In this document: positions 53,415 through 64,000 of the stretch, in pieces
Position numbering within the stretch: position 1 is the first letter of the stretch
Layout of the letters: each line of letters opens with the position of its first letter
Source of the DNA: Octopus vulgaris
Taxonomy: Eukaryota
Assembly: GCA_951406725.2 (NCBI GenBank)
Contig: OX597829.1
Coordinates: 58,590,001-58,654,000, forward strand
DNA: 64,000 nucleotides
Direction of reading: 5' to 3'
Position numbers and translations under genes: made by a program
Notes under the pieces: model-generated
Told to the model about the DNA's origin: nothing
Seen by the model: only the letters and a program-made list of their open reading frames with translations
Databases searched by the model: none

Positions 53415-56400
53415 TTGGTAGCCTTCAACTAACAGTATCTCCTCTGAGACACTGCGGCACAAGTTGACCAAAATTGAGAGTATGATAGAAGAAGGCTTGC
53501 TCTTCATTCCGTAGAAAATAAATTCAAATCGGACCATGTTAACACCAAACATTATTTACATCAAAAACGTGCTTTTTTTCTACGAAAATCCCTATTTTTT
53601 ACAATTTTTTGACTGCTGTGTCACCATTTTTCGGTGTATTTCAACCAGAAAAATATTCACTTAAAGAGAATAACAAGCTACATAATGCAAAAGTTTTACT
53701 TTTCAAAAATTCTAATTCTAAAGGGTCGCAACAAACCCGAGCAACGCCGGGCGATATTGCTAGTCTATATATAAAAAAGTTGAAGTTTTCTATGTGTGGC
53801 AGGTTTGGTAGCCTTCAACTAACACTATCTCCTCCAAGACACTGCGGCTCAAGTTGACCAAAATTGAGAGAATGATAGAAGAAGACTATTTTTTACGATT
53901 TTTCGACTGCTGTGTCACCATTTTTTGGTATATTTCAACCAGAAAAATGTTCGCTTAAAGAGAATAACAAGCTACATAATGCCAAATTTTTACTTTTCAA
54001 AAATTCCAATTCTAAAGGGTCGAAACAAACCCGAGCAACGCCGGGCGATACTGCTAGTCTATATATATAAAGTCTATGTGTGGCAGGTTTGGTAGCCTTC
54101 AACTAACACTATCTCCTCTGAGACCCTGTGGCGCAAGTTGACCTAAATTGAGAGAATGATAGAAGAAGGCTTGCTCTTCATTCCGTAGGAGATAAAATTC
54201 AAATCGGACCATGTTAATACCAAAAATTATTTACATCAAAAACGTGCTTTTTTTCTAGGAAAATCCCTATTTTTTACAATTTTTTGACTGCTGTGTCGCC
54301 TTTTTTTGGTGTATTTCAACCAGAAAAATGTTCACTTAAAGAGAATAACAAGCTACATAATGCAAAATTTTTACTTTTCAAAAATTCCAAATCTAAAGGG
54401 TCGAAACAAATCCGAGCAACGCCGGGCGATACTGCTAGTCTATATATATAAAGCTGAAGTTGTCTGTGTGTGTGTGGCAGGTTTGGTAGCCTTCAACTAA
54501 CACTATCTGCTCCAAGACCCTGCGGCGCAAGTTGACCAAAATTGAGAGTATGATAGAAGAAGGCTTGCTCTTCATTCCGTAGCAGATAAAATTCAAATCG
54601 GACCATGTTAACACCAAAAATTTATTTACATCAAAAACGTGCTTTTTTTCTACGAAAATCCCTATTTTTTACAATTTTTTGACTGCTGTGTCACCATTTT
54701 TTTGGTGTATTTCAACCAGAAAAATATTCACTTAAAGAGAATAACAAGCTACATAATGCAAAATTTTTACTTTTCAAAAATTCTAATTCTAAAGGGTCGC
54801 AACAAACCCGAGCAACGCCGGGCGATATTGCTAGTCTATATATATAAAGTCTATGTGTGGCAGGTTTGGTAGCCTTCAACTAACACTATCTCCTCCAAGA
54901 CACTGCGGCTCAAGTTGACCAAAATTGAGAGAATGATAGAAGAAGACTATTTTTTACGATTTTTCGACTGCTGTGTCACCATTTTTTGGTATATTTCAAC
55001 CAGAAAAATGTTCGCTTAAAGAGAATAACAAGCTACATAATGCCAAATTTTTACTTTTCAAAAATTCCAATTCTAAAGGGTCGAAACAAACCCGAGCAAC
55101 GCCGGGCGATACTGCTAGTCTATATATATAAAGTCTATGTGTGGCAGGTTTGGTAGCCTTCAACTAACACTATCTCCTCTGAGACCCTGTGGCGCAAGTT
55201 GACCTAAATTGAGAGTATGATAGAAGAAGGCTTGCTCTTCATTCCGTAGCAGATAAAATTCAAATCGGACCATGTTAACACCAAAAATTATTTACATCAA
55301 AAACGTGCTTTTTTTCTACGAAAATCCCTATTTTTTACAATTTTTTGACTGCTGTGTCACCATTTTTTGGTGTATTTCAACCAGAAAAATATTCACTTAA
55401 AGAGAATAACAAGCTACATAATGCAAAATTTTTACTTTTCAAAAATTCTAATTCTAAAGGGTCGCAACAAACCCGAGCAACGCCGGGCGATACTGCTAGT
55501 CTATATATATAAAGTCTATGTGTGGCAGGTTTGGTAGCCTTCAACTAACACTATCTCCTCCAAGACACTGCGGCGCAAGTTGACCAAAATTGAGAGAATG
55601 ATAGAAGAAGACTATTTTTTACGATTTTTCGACTGCTGTGTCACCATCTTTCGGTATATTTCAACCAGAAAAATGTTCGCTTAAAGAGAATAACAAGCTA
55701 CATAATGCAAAATTTTTACTTTTCAAAAATTCCAAATCTAAAGGGTCGAAACAAATCCGAGCAACGCCGGGCGATACTGCTAGTCTATATATATAAAGCT
55801 GAAGTTGTCTGTGTGTGTGTGGCAGGTTTAGTAGCCTTCAACTAACACTATCTGCTCCAAGACCCTGCGGCGCAAGTTGACCAAAATTGAGAGTATGATA
55901 GAAGAAGGCTTGCTCTTCATTCCGTAGCAGATAAAATTCAAATCGGACCATGTTAACACCAAAAATTATTTACATCAAAAAGGGGCTTTTTTTCTAGGAA
56001 AATCCCTATTTTTTACGATTTTTTGACTGCTGTGTCGCCATTTTTCGGTGTATTTCAACCAGAAAAATGTTCGCATAAAGAGAATAACAAGCTACATGAT
56101 GCAAAATTTTTACTTTTCAAAAATTACAATTCTAAAGGGTCGAAACAAACCCGAGCAACGCCGGGCGATACCACTAATCTATATATAAAAAGCTGAAGTT
56201 GTCTGTGTGGCAGGTTTGGTAGTCTTCAACTAACACTATCTCCTCCGAGGCCCTGCGGCGCAAGTTGACCAAAATTGAGAGTATGATAGAAGACTATTTT
56301 TTACGATTTTCCAACTGCAGTGTCGCCATTTTTCGGTGTATTTCAACCAGAAAAATGTTCGCTTAAAGAGAATAAGAAGCTACATAATGCAAAATTTTTA

Positions 56401-56465
56401 CTTTTCAAAAATTCCAATTCTAAAGGGTCGAAACAAACCCGAGCAACGCCGGGCGATACTGTTAG
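53415..56465 (+). mobile_element. Head-to-tail array of 9 short non-autonomous Helitrons
   Basis: Units start TC(TA)n and end hairpin plus CTAG. Unit ends at 53763, 54057, 54438, 54834, 55118, 55499, 55783, 56177 and 56465 (the last two are CTAA and TTAG variants). Confidence 0.85.
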
Positions 56466-56490
56466 TGATAATATATAATTAAAAAATATA

Positions 56491-56765
56491 TCTTTATATA
56501 TAAAAGTGAGGTTGTGTGCTGTCTGTCTCCTACGATTTAGATTCCTAACTACTCCCACATTTTGCGGTGCAGTTTAACCAAAACCGAGTATCTTATAGTC
56601 GTGATTCATATCGAGCCCTTCTGGGTATTAGCGCGCGTCTACGATGAGTCTACGATTTTAAAAAAAATTACCATAAATTTTTCCCATTTTTAATGCATTT
56701 TTGGCATATATAAGTGAAGTAAATCTCTAAAAATGTATTGTTAAATCTCAGAACGTAAAAAGCTA
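56491..56765 (+). mobile_element. Non-autonomous Helitron 5' part
   Basis: A|TC start tctttatatataaaagtgagg; same family as 63719-64000 and 59990-60215. Confidence 0.65.
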
Positions 56766-56999
56766 GTAAGTAAATAAGCTTCTGTCATAGAGTCACATAC
56801 AAGAATTAATGGTGTCGATAGTGTCCCTTAGATCTTTTTTGTTTTGTTTTTACTGTACGTTAAGGCCCTTAGGTGAATTAATACTCAGCAAAATAAAGAG
56901 GCAAGAAGATCGCTTCATTGGCCAGCATATGAAAAGAAGAAGCCTTGGGCTGTTTGTGACAATAAGGAAATTTAAAGGGAAAAGTAGCCAGGGGCTGAG

Positions 57000-57044
57000 G
57001 AAGAGAGAAAAGAGAGAGAGAGAGAGATAGAGAGAGAGATAGGT

Positions 57045-57107
<63 letters not shown>

Positions 57108-57156
57108 CAGACAGGTAGACAGACAGACAGACAGACAGACGGACGGACGGGCGGAC

Positions 57157-57192
<36 letters not shown>

Positions 57193-57232
57193 GGACGGAC
57201 GGACGGAGAGACAGACAGACAGATAGACAAAC

Positions 57233-57271
<39 letters not shown>

Positions 57272-57295
57272 TAGATAGATAGACAGACAGACAGA

Positions 57296-57367
<72 letters not shown>

Positions 57368-57447
57368 TAGATAGATAGATAGGTAGATAGATAGATAGAC
57401 AGACAGACAGATAGACAGATAGATAGATAGATAGATAGATAGACAGA

Positions 57448-57487
<40 letters not shown>

Positions 57488-57492
57488 TAGAC

Positions 57493-57551
<59 letters not shown>

Positions 57552-57580
57552 AAGGCAGACAGATAGACAGACAGACAGAC

Positions 57581-57611
<31 letters not shown>

Positions 57612-57635
57612 TAGATAGACAGACAGATAGATAGG

Positions 57636-57673
<38 letters not shown>

Positions 57674-57817
57674 TGTTTCTTTATTGGCCACACAGGGCTG
57701 CACACAGACAGGACAAAATTACAAGGTAGAGCTTTTCTTTTGGGGGTAATAGAAGGGGGGTTTGGTTTTCGATCAAAAGGGATTGTAAATGGAAAGAAAG
57801 AGGACAAAAAAATAGAT

Positions 57818-57864
<47 letters not shown>

Positions 57865-57869
57865 CAGAC

Positions 57870-57956
<87 letters not shown>

Positions 57957-57997
57957 TAGATAGATAGACAGACAGACAGATAGATAGATAGACAGAC

Positions 57998-58028
<31 letters not shown>

Positions 58029-58062
58029 TAGATAGATAGACAGACAGATAGATAGATAGATT

Positions 58063-58096
<34 letters not shown>

Positions 58097-58103
58097 GAGA
58101 GAG
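57000..58103. repeat. (GATA)n/(GACA)n microsatellite interrupted by a LINE tail
   Basis: Direct reading. Confidence 0.95.
57675..57810 (-). mobile_element. Extreme 3' tail of the same LINE, embedded in GATA/GACA repeats
   Basis: Shares ggttttcgatcaaaagggat with 48729-48750; AATAAA on the minus strand near 57680. Confidence 0.55.
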
Positions 58104-58413
58104 AAAATACTCGGTGACCTCACCAGCTAGCTACAAAAAGACAGGGTCTGGGAGAGGAAGGCGGAGAGCTCTGTGATACGGTCGGCGCCTGCAGGCATGG
58201 CACGAGGAGAGCAATTAGACGAAAGCCGAAGCTGGAACAATCAGTGACAGAATCTAATAAAAAGGGTTCTATTCTCCACCCCTCCTCCTCCTACTCTCCT
58301 TCCTCTCCCTTTTCCTTCTCCTCTTGTGCCGCCATATTTTCCATGAATTGTCGCTGGGTTACAGACATGACGCGTGTTAGGTTTTGATATTCGGACGTTG
58401 ACGGCGACGACCC

Positions 58414-58742
58414 TACTCTTACTCTTTTACTTGATTTTAGTCATTTGGCTGCGACCATGCTGGAGCACCGCCGTTTTAATCGAGCAAATCGACACCCCCC
58501 TTCCCCCAGGACTTACACTTTTAGAAGCCCAGTACTGATTGTATCGGTCTCTTTTTGCCGAAACGCTAGGTTACGGGGACGTAAACATCCATAATCGGTT
58601 GTCAAGCAATACTAGGGGGACAAACACAGACACACAAACACACACACACATATATATATATACATATATACGACAGGCTTCTTTCAGTTTCCGTCTACCA
58701 AATCCACTCACAAGGCTTTATATATATATACATATATATATG

Positions 58743-58789
<47 letters not shown>

Positions 58790-59294
58790 TCTTTTACTTG
58801 TTTCAGTCATTTGACTGCGGCCATGCTGGAGCACCGCCCTTCTAACCGAGCAAATCGACCCCCACAGAACTTACTCTTTTAGAAGCCCAGTACTGATTCT
58901 ATCGGTCTCATTTTGCCGAACCGCTAAGTTACGGGGACGTAAACACATCCATAATCGGTTGTCAAGAAATGCTAGGGGGACAAACACAGACACACAAGCA
59001 CACACACACATATATATATACATATATACGACGGGCTTCTTTCAGTTTCCGTCTACCAAATCCACTCACAAGGCTTTATATATATATACTCTTTTACTCT
59101 TTTACTTGTTTCAGTCATTTGACTGTGGCCATGCTGGAGCACCGACGTTTTAATCGAGCAAATCGACCCCCCCCCCCCGCAGGACTTACACTTTTAGAAG
59201 CCCAGTACTGATTGTATCGGTCTCACTTTGCCGAACCGCTAAGTAACGGGGACGTAAATACACCAGCATCGGTTGTCAAGCAATGCTAGGGGGA

Positions 59295-59330
<36 letters not shown>
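58414..59330 (-). mobile_element. Three tandem SINE A 3' halves
   Basis: Tail-containing units of about 310-370 bp. Confidence 0.8.
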
Positions 59331-59372
<42 letters not shown>

Positions 59373-59373
<1 letters not shown>

Positions 59374-61342
59374 TAGCAGAATTGCCCGGCGTTGCTCGGG
59401 GCTGAATTGCTTGAAAGTACTGTTAATGATTGCACTGAATTCTGATGATTATTCAGGCAAATATTGATATAAGCTTACGGTGGGAGATAAGGACTTAACG
59501 ATCAAACGTGTGCCATTGCGTTGTTTTGGGGGAACCAAATTTCTGATGAGCATTATAGGGGCACCAACTTTAAGTTTGAGAAAGTGTGGTGGTAGTCCGG
59601 GGTGCTCAAAGGAATTGAGTACCTCTATTGGATAGTTGATGACGTCCTCTGGGTCAGGAGTTGTATCGATAGACTTATATACATAGACATCTCCAGGAAT
59701 GAGTTTTAGCATTTCATCATTAATATGGTGAACAGTTTTATTCCTCGGGGCCAGTATAGCCTTTTTGCCAATCCAATCCATATTCTGATAATTAGCTTGT
59801 AGATCTGGGAACACTGCATCTCTGAGATCAGAAGGCGTCTTAACAATGGTACAAATGGAATCGATGGCAATATTACCATTTTCATCCCCTGGTATTTTGC
59901 CTTCGCCAAGTGCAAGGAGGGTGTGAGGAAATGCTGCTGATGTGATATTACGTCGCATATGAGCACGCATATTGGTGTGAAGTTTGAGAGTTACTTCCGT
60001 TTATTTTAAAAAATATGCATTAAAATGGAAAAAAATGATGGTAAATTATTTGTAAAATCATAGACTCATCATAGACGCGCGCTAATACCCAGAAGGGCTC
60101 GATATGAATCACGACTATAAGATACCCGGTTTTGGTTAAACTGCATCGCAAAATGTGGGAGTAGTTAGAAATCTAAATCGGAGTAGACAGACACACAACC
60201 TTTCTTTTATATATAAATATTTTCGTCCTAAAAAACTTTGTATGGATTGAATGGTTACCTCTATGGAAATATATACACGCACATTATACATACATGTGTG
60301 TATAGATGAATATATAAATACATTTAAATATCTATATACACTTTTGGGCGATCTTTCTGTTTCTTAGAGATAACTTTAGATCTTATTTTCGTCCTAAAAA
60401 ACTTTGTATGGAGTGAATAGTTACCTCTATGGAAATATATACACACACGTTATACATACATGTGTGCATAGATGAATATATAAATACATTTATATATCTA
60501 TATACACTTTTGGGCGATCTTTGTGCTACTTAGAGATAACTTTAGATCTTATTTTCGTCCTAAAAAACTTTGTGCGAAGTGAATGGTTACGTCTATGGAA
60601 ATATATACACACACATTATACATACATCTGTGTATAGATGGATATATATATACATTTAAATATCTATATACACTTTTGGGCGATCTTTCTGCTACTTGTA
60701 TGTACTTTAGATCTTATATTCGTCCTAAAAAACTTTGTATGGAGTGAAAGGTTACCTCTATGGAAATATATACACACACATTATACATACATCTGTGTAT
60801 AGATGAATATATAAATACATTTAAATATCTATATACACTTTTGGGCGATCTTTCTGCTACTTGGATATAGGTCTTATATTCGTCGTAAAAAACTTTCCTG
60901 TCACACACTCACGCACACGCACACACACACACGCACCCTCACACACACACACGCACACACTCACACTCACACACACGCACGTTAGCTTACAATTTTATTT
61001 ATATATTTGCGTGTCTATGTGTGTAAAGAGGAAGTGGGAGGCAGAGTGAAAGAGTCACTAACTACAGAGTGAATTACTTTCACTTTATTCGTTGCACACT
61101 GTGTGTGTGCGTTTGCGTGTGCTGTATCCCACAATAAGAGAAGCATTTGACTCATACACCACAATGTGAGTTTTCTCTAAATTTTGCTTAATTGGGGTTG
61201 AAATTTTAAAAAGTGGACCTGGCACGACCCGATGCATTCTACTCTTAAAAATGCTAGGTAAATTGTAATTGAAGAAATCCTATATTGTAGATTTCTATAA
61301 GATACAAAGGGAGGCAGATAAAATCTGCCTTTTATAATAAGA
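59373..61342 (-). mobile_element. Composite non-autonomous Helitron
   Basis: 3' hairpin plus CTAG|T at 59373, helicase fragment, a second family's 5' part (59990-60215), four ~167-bp repeats, and a 5' TC end at ~61342 like the one at 16803. Confidence 0.6.
59449..59990 (-). pseudogene. Second Helitron helicase fragment
   Basis: Near-identical to 14165-14705 (TNMRAH..AILAPRN..LKLKVGAPIMLIRNL..NGTRLIVK), with the same truncation point. Confidence 0.92.
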
Positions 61343-61354
61343 GATATATATATA

Positions 61355-61403
61355 TATACGACAGGCTTCTTTCGGTTTCCGTCTACCAAATCCACTCACA
61401 AGG

Positions 61404-61464
<61 letters not shown>

Positions 61465-61674
61465 CTCTTACTCTTTTACTTGTTTCAGTCATTTGACTGC
61501 GGCCATGCTGGAGCACCGCCGTTTTAATCGAGCAAATCGACCACCCCCGCAGGACTTACTCTTTTAGAAGCCCAGTACTGATTGTATCGGTCTCATTTTG
61601 CCGAACCGCTAAGTTACGGGGACGTAAACACATCCATAATCGGTTCTCAAGCGATGCTAGGGGGACAAACACAG

Positions 61675-61723
<49 letters not shown>

Positions 61724-62296
61724 CATATATACGACGGGCTTCCGTTCGACAAAATTTTCCGTCAACCAAATCCACTCACAAGTCTTTGGTCGGCCCGAGG
61801 CTATAGAAGACACTTGCTCAAGGTGCCACGCAGTGGGACTGAACCCGGAACCTTGTGGTTTGTAAGCAAGCTACTTACCACACAGCCACTCCTGCGCCTA
61901 TATATATATATATCTATACATACATATATACGACAGACTTCTTTAAGTTTCCGTCTACCAAATCCATTCACAAGGCATTGGTCGGCCCGGGGCTATAGTA
62001 GAAGACACTTGCCCAAGGTGCCACGCAGTGGGACTGAACCCGGAACCATGTGGTTATTAAGCTAGCTACTTACCACACACCCACTCCAGCGCCTACATAC
62101 ATATATACGACGGGCTTCTTTCAGTTTCCGTCTACCAAATCCAATCACAAGGCTTTGGTCGGCCGAAGGTGCCACGCAGTGAGAATGAACCCGGTACCAT
62201 GTGGTTGGTAAGCAAGGTACTTACCACACAGCCACTCCTCCGCCTTACAAAAAATTATTTTTAAAAAATCTGTCGGTCAAAGTGAAAAGACCCTGA

Positions 62297-62327
<31 letters not shown>

Positions 62328-62627
62328 TTATTTCAACTCACCAGCGAATCGTCTTGCGGGAAAACTGCATCAAAAGCAAACGTCTTCGGAGCAACAATGC
62401 CTGTTCTCCGATGAGCAGCTGTTACGTACCCACTCGTTGAAGGGTCATGGAGGGTTATTTGTTTCTTGCGAGCATCTACTGAGAGCATTAGGGAGCTGTG
62501 GTCCCCGTTATTGCCGTTGGGAGGTGAAAATATTCGTACCATAACTTTGACCTGCAACAAAAAAAGACAGACATCGGTTATCAAGCGATGTTTTTTGGGG
62601 GAGGGCAAACACAGACACACAAACACA

Positions 62628-62667
<40 letters not shown>

Positions 62668-63255
62668 TACGACAGGCTTCTTTCAGTTTCCGTCTACCAA
62701 ATCCACTCACAAGGCTTTGGTCGGCCCGAGGCTATAGCAGAAGACACTTGGCCAAGACGCCACGCAGTGGGACTGAACCGAGAACCATGTGGTTGGTAAA
62801 CAAGCTACTTACCACACAGCCACTCCTACACCTATCTATATATACATATATACGACGGGCTTCTTTCAGTTTCCGTCTACCAAATCCACTCACAAGGCTT
62901 TGGTCGACCCGAGGCTATAGTAGAAGACACTTGCCCAAGGTACGACGCAATGGGACTGAAACCGGAACCATGTGGTTGGTAGGCAAGCTACTTACCACAC
63001 AGCCACTCCTATACATACATATATATATATTACTCTTTACTCTTTTACTTGTTTCAGTCATTTGACTGCGGCCATGCTGGAGCACCGCCTTTTAATCGAG
63101 CAAATCGACCCCGGGACTTATTCTTTGTAAGCCCAGTACTTATTCTATCGGTCTCTTTTGCCGAACCGCTAAGTGACGGGGACATAAACACACCAGCATC
63201 GGTTGTCAAGCAATGCTAGGGGGACAAACACAGACACACAAACATATACACACAC
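61355..63255 (-). mobile_element. SINE A copies flanking the KIF26 exon (61355-62245 and 62570-63255)
   Basis: Family motifs; one copy ends about 20 bp from the exon acceptor. Confidence 0.82.
62342..62551 (-). CDS. KIF26: Internal coding exon of a KIF26/kinesin-11 gene, start of the motor domain (70 codons, phase 0-0)
   Basis: Translates to VKVMVRIFSPPNGNNGDHSSLMLSVDARKKQITLHDPSTSGYVTAAHRRTGIVAPKTFAFDAVFPQDDSL, matching the recalled KIF26 motifs VKVMLRI, VDPRKKQITLYDP and PKMFAFDAVFPQD. Bounded by acceptor ttttttgttgcag| and donor |gtgagt on the minus strand; 210 nt. Confidence 0.93.
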
Positions 63256-63259
63256 ATAC

Positions 63260-63672
63260 ATTTCAACCACTCTGAAGTCACTCCTTATAAACAGACACTC
63301 ATTATCGCCCTGGGCTCCTTGAAAGCAGTCAGCTAAAAGCTTTTTGTGCATTTTGATGTCGACATAAGTTCCTTGCCTTTCCTGATGAGAAATCTGCATA
63401 ATGTAGTCCTTATTCCTTCGGAATTAGGAATATGCAGCCTTCGAAACATATGTCGAAAATAAAGGAAATTTGTTAACAAGTCGTTCAACTCCATTCTTTT
63501 ATATACTTATAATTTTAAAATAAACATACAAATTTCCGCACGAAAGCACGTAGTCTATGCCCTAGGGACGTAACTTCAACCGTGTTCTTTCTGATGTGAA
63601 TTTGCTACCCAGGTATCGGTTAACTTTCGAATTATCCTTAATAAGATAATCCATTCAACTACTCAAATAATA
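63260..63672 (+). mobile_element. Probable Penelope-like element pLTR / 3' fragment
   Basis: Carries a minimal hammerhead typical of Penelope-like elements. Upstream reads TLKSLLINRH, weakly like the GIY-YIG C-terminal ESLLI motif. Ends in TA/CA microsatellite. Confidence 0.5.
63369..63467 (+). ncRNA. Type I hammerhead ribozyme (minimal helix III, Penelope-type)
   Basis: tttc-CTGATGA(63382-88), stem II gaa..ctgcata / tatgcag..ttc, GAAA(63443-46), C-ATAT-G, TC, then gaaa. Distal stem I ttcctt/aaggaa. Predicted cleavage after GUC at 63454. Confidence 0.85.
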
Positions 63673-63675
63673 TAT

Positions 63676-63710
<35 letters not shown>

Positions 63711-63718
63711 CATAAATA

Positions 63719-64000
63719 TCTTTATATATAAAAGTGAAGTTGTGTCTGTCTCCTACGATTTAGATTCCTAACTACTCCCACATTTTGCGGTGCAGTTTAA
63801 CCAAAAGCGGGTATCTTATAGTCGTGATTCATATCGAGCCCTTCTGGGTATTAGCGCGCGTCTACGATTAAAAAAAAATTACCATCATTTTTTTCCATTT
63901 TAATGCATTTTTTCACTATTATATTAGGGAAGTAACTCTCTAAAAATGTCTACGATGAGTCTACGATTTAAAAAAAAAATTACCATCTTTTTTTTCCATT
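63719..64000 (+). mobile_element. Non-autonomous Helitron 5' part (runs off window end)
   Basis: A|TC start; the body contains the tcatatcgagcccttctgggtattagcgcg module seen in the 7840-9428 array. Confidence 0.65.

Overview
Repeat-dominated eukaryotic DNA, inferred to be cephalopod (octopus-like) from the SINE families and the very high microsatellite load, with a 100-N assembly gap at 20898-20997. The only host coding sequence found is two minus-strand exons of a KIF26 (kinesin-11) motor domain (62342-62551 and 46553-46646), separated by a 15.7 kb intron. The rest is tRNA-derived SINEs (often in tandem arrays), non-autonomous and decayed Helitrons (including a head-to-tail concatemer), an L1/Tx1-like LINE 3' end, several satellites and long microsatellites. 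Two signals stand out. First, there are four type I hammerhead ribozyme folds in Penelope-like pLTR fragments, two of them back-to-back in a 132-bp palindrome. Second, the KIF26 exon ends in A where the Walker A glycine codon needs G, a candidate restorative A-to-I editing site. Almost all ORFs in the supplied track are translation artefacts of repeats. Repeat boundaries and copy counts were read by eye and are approximate.
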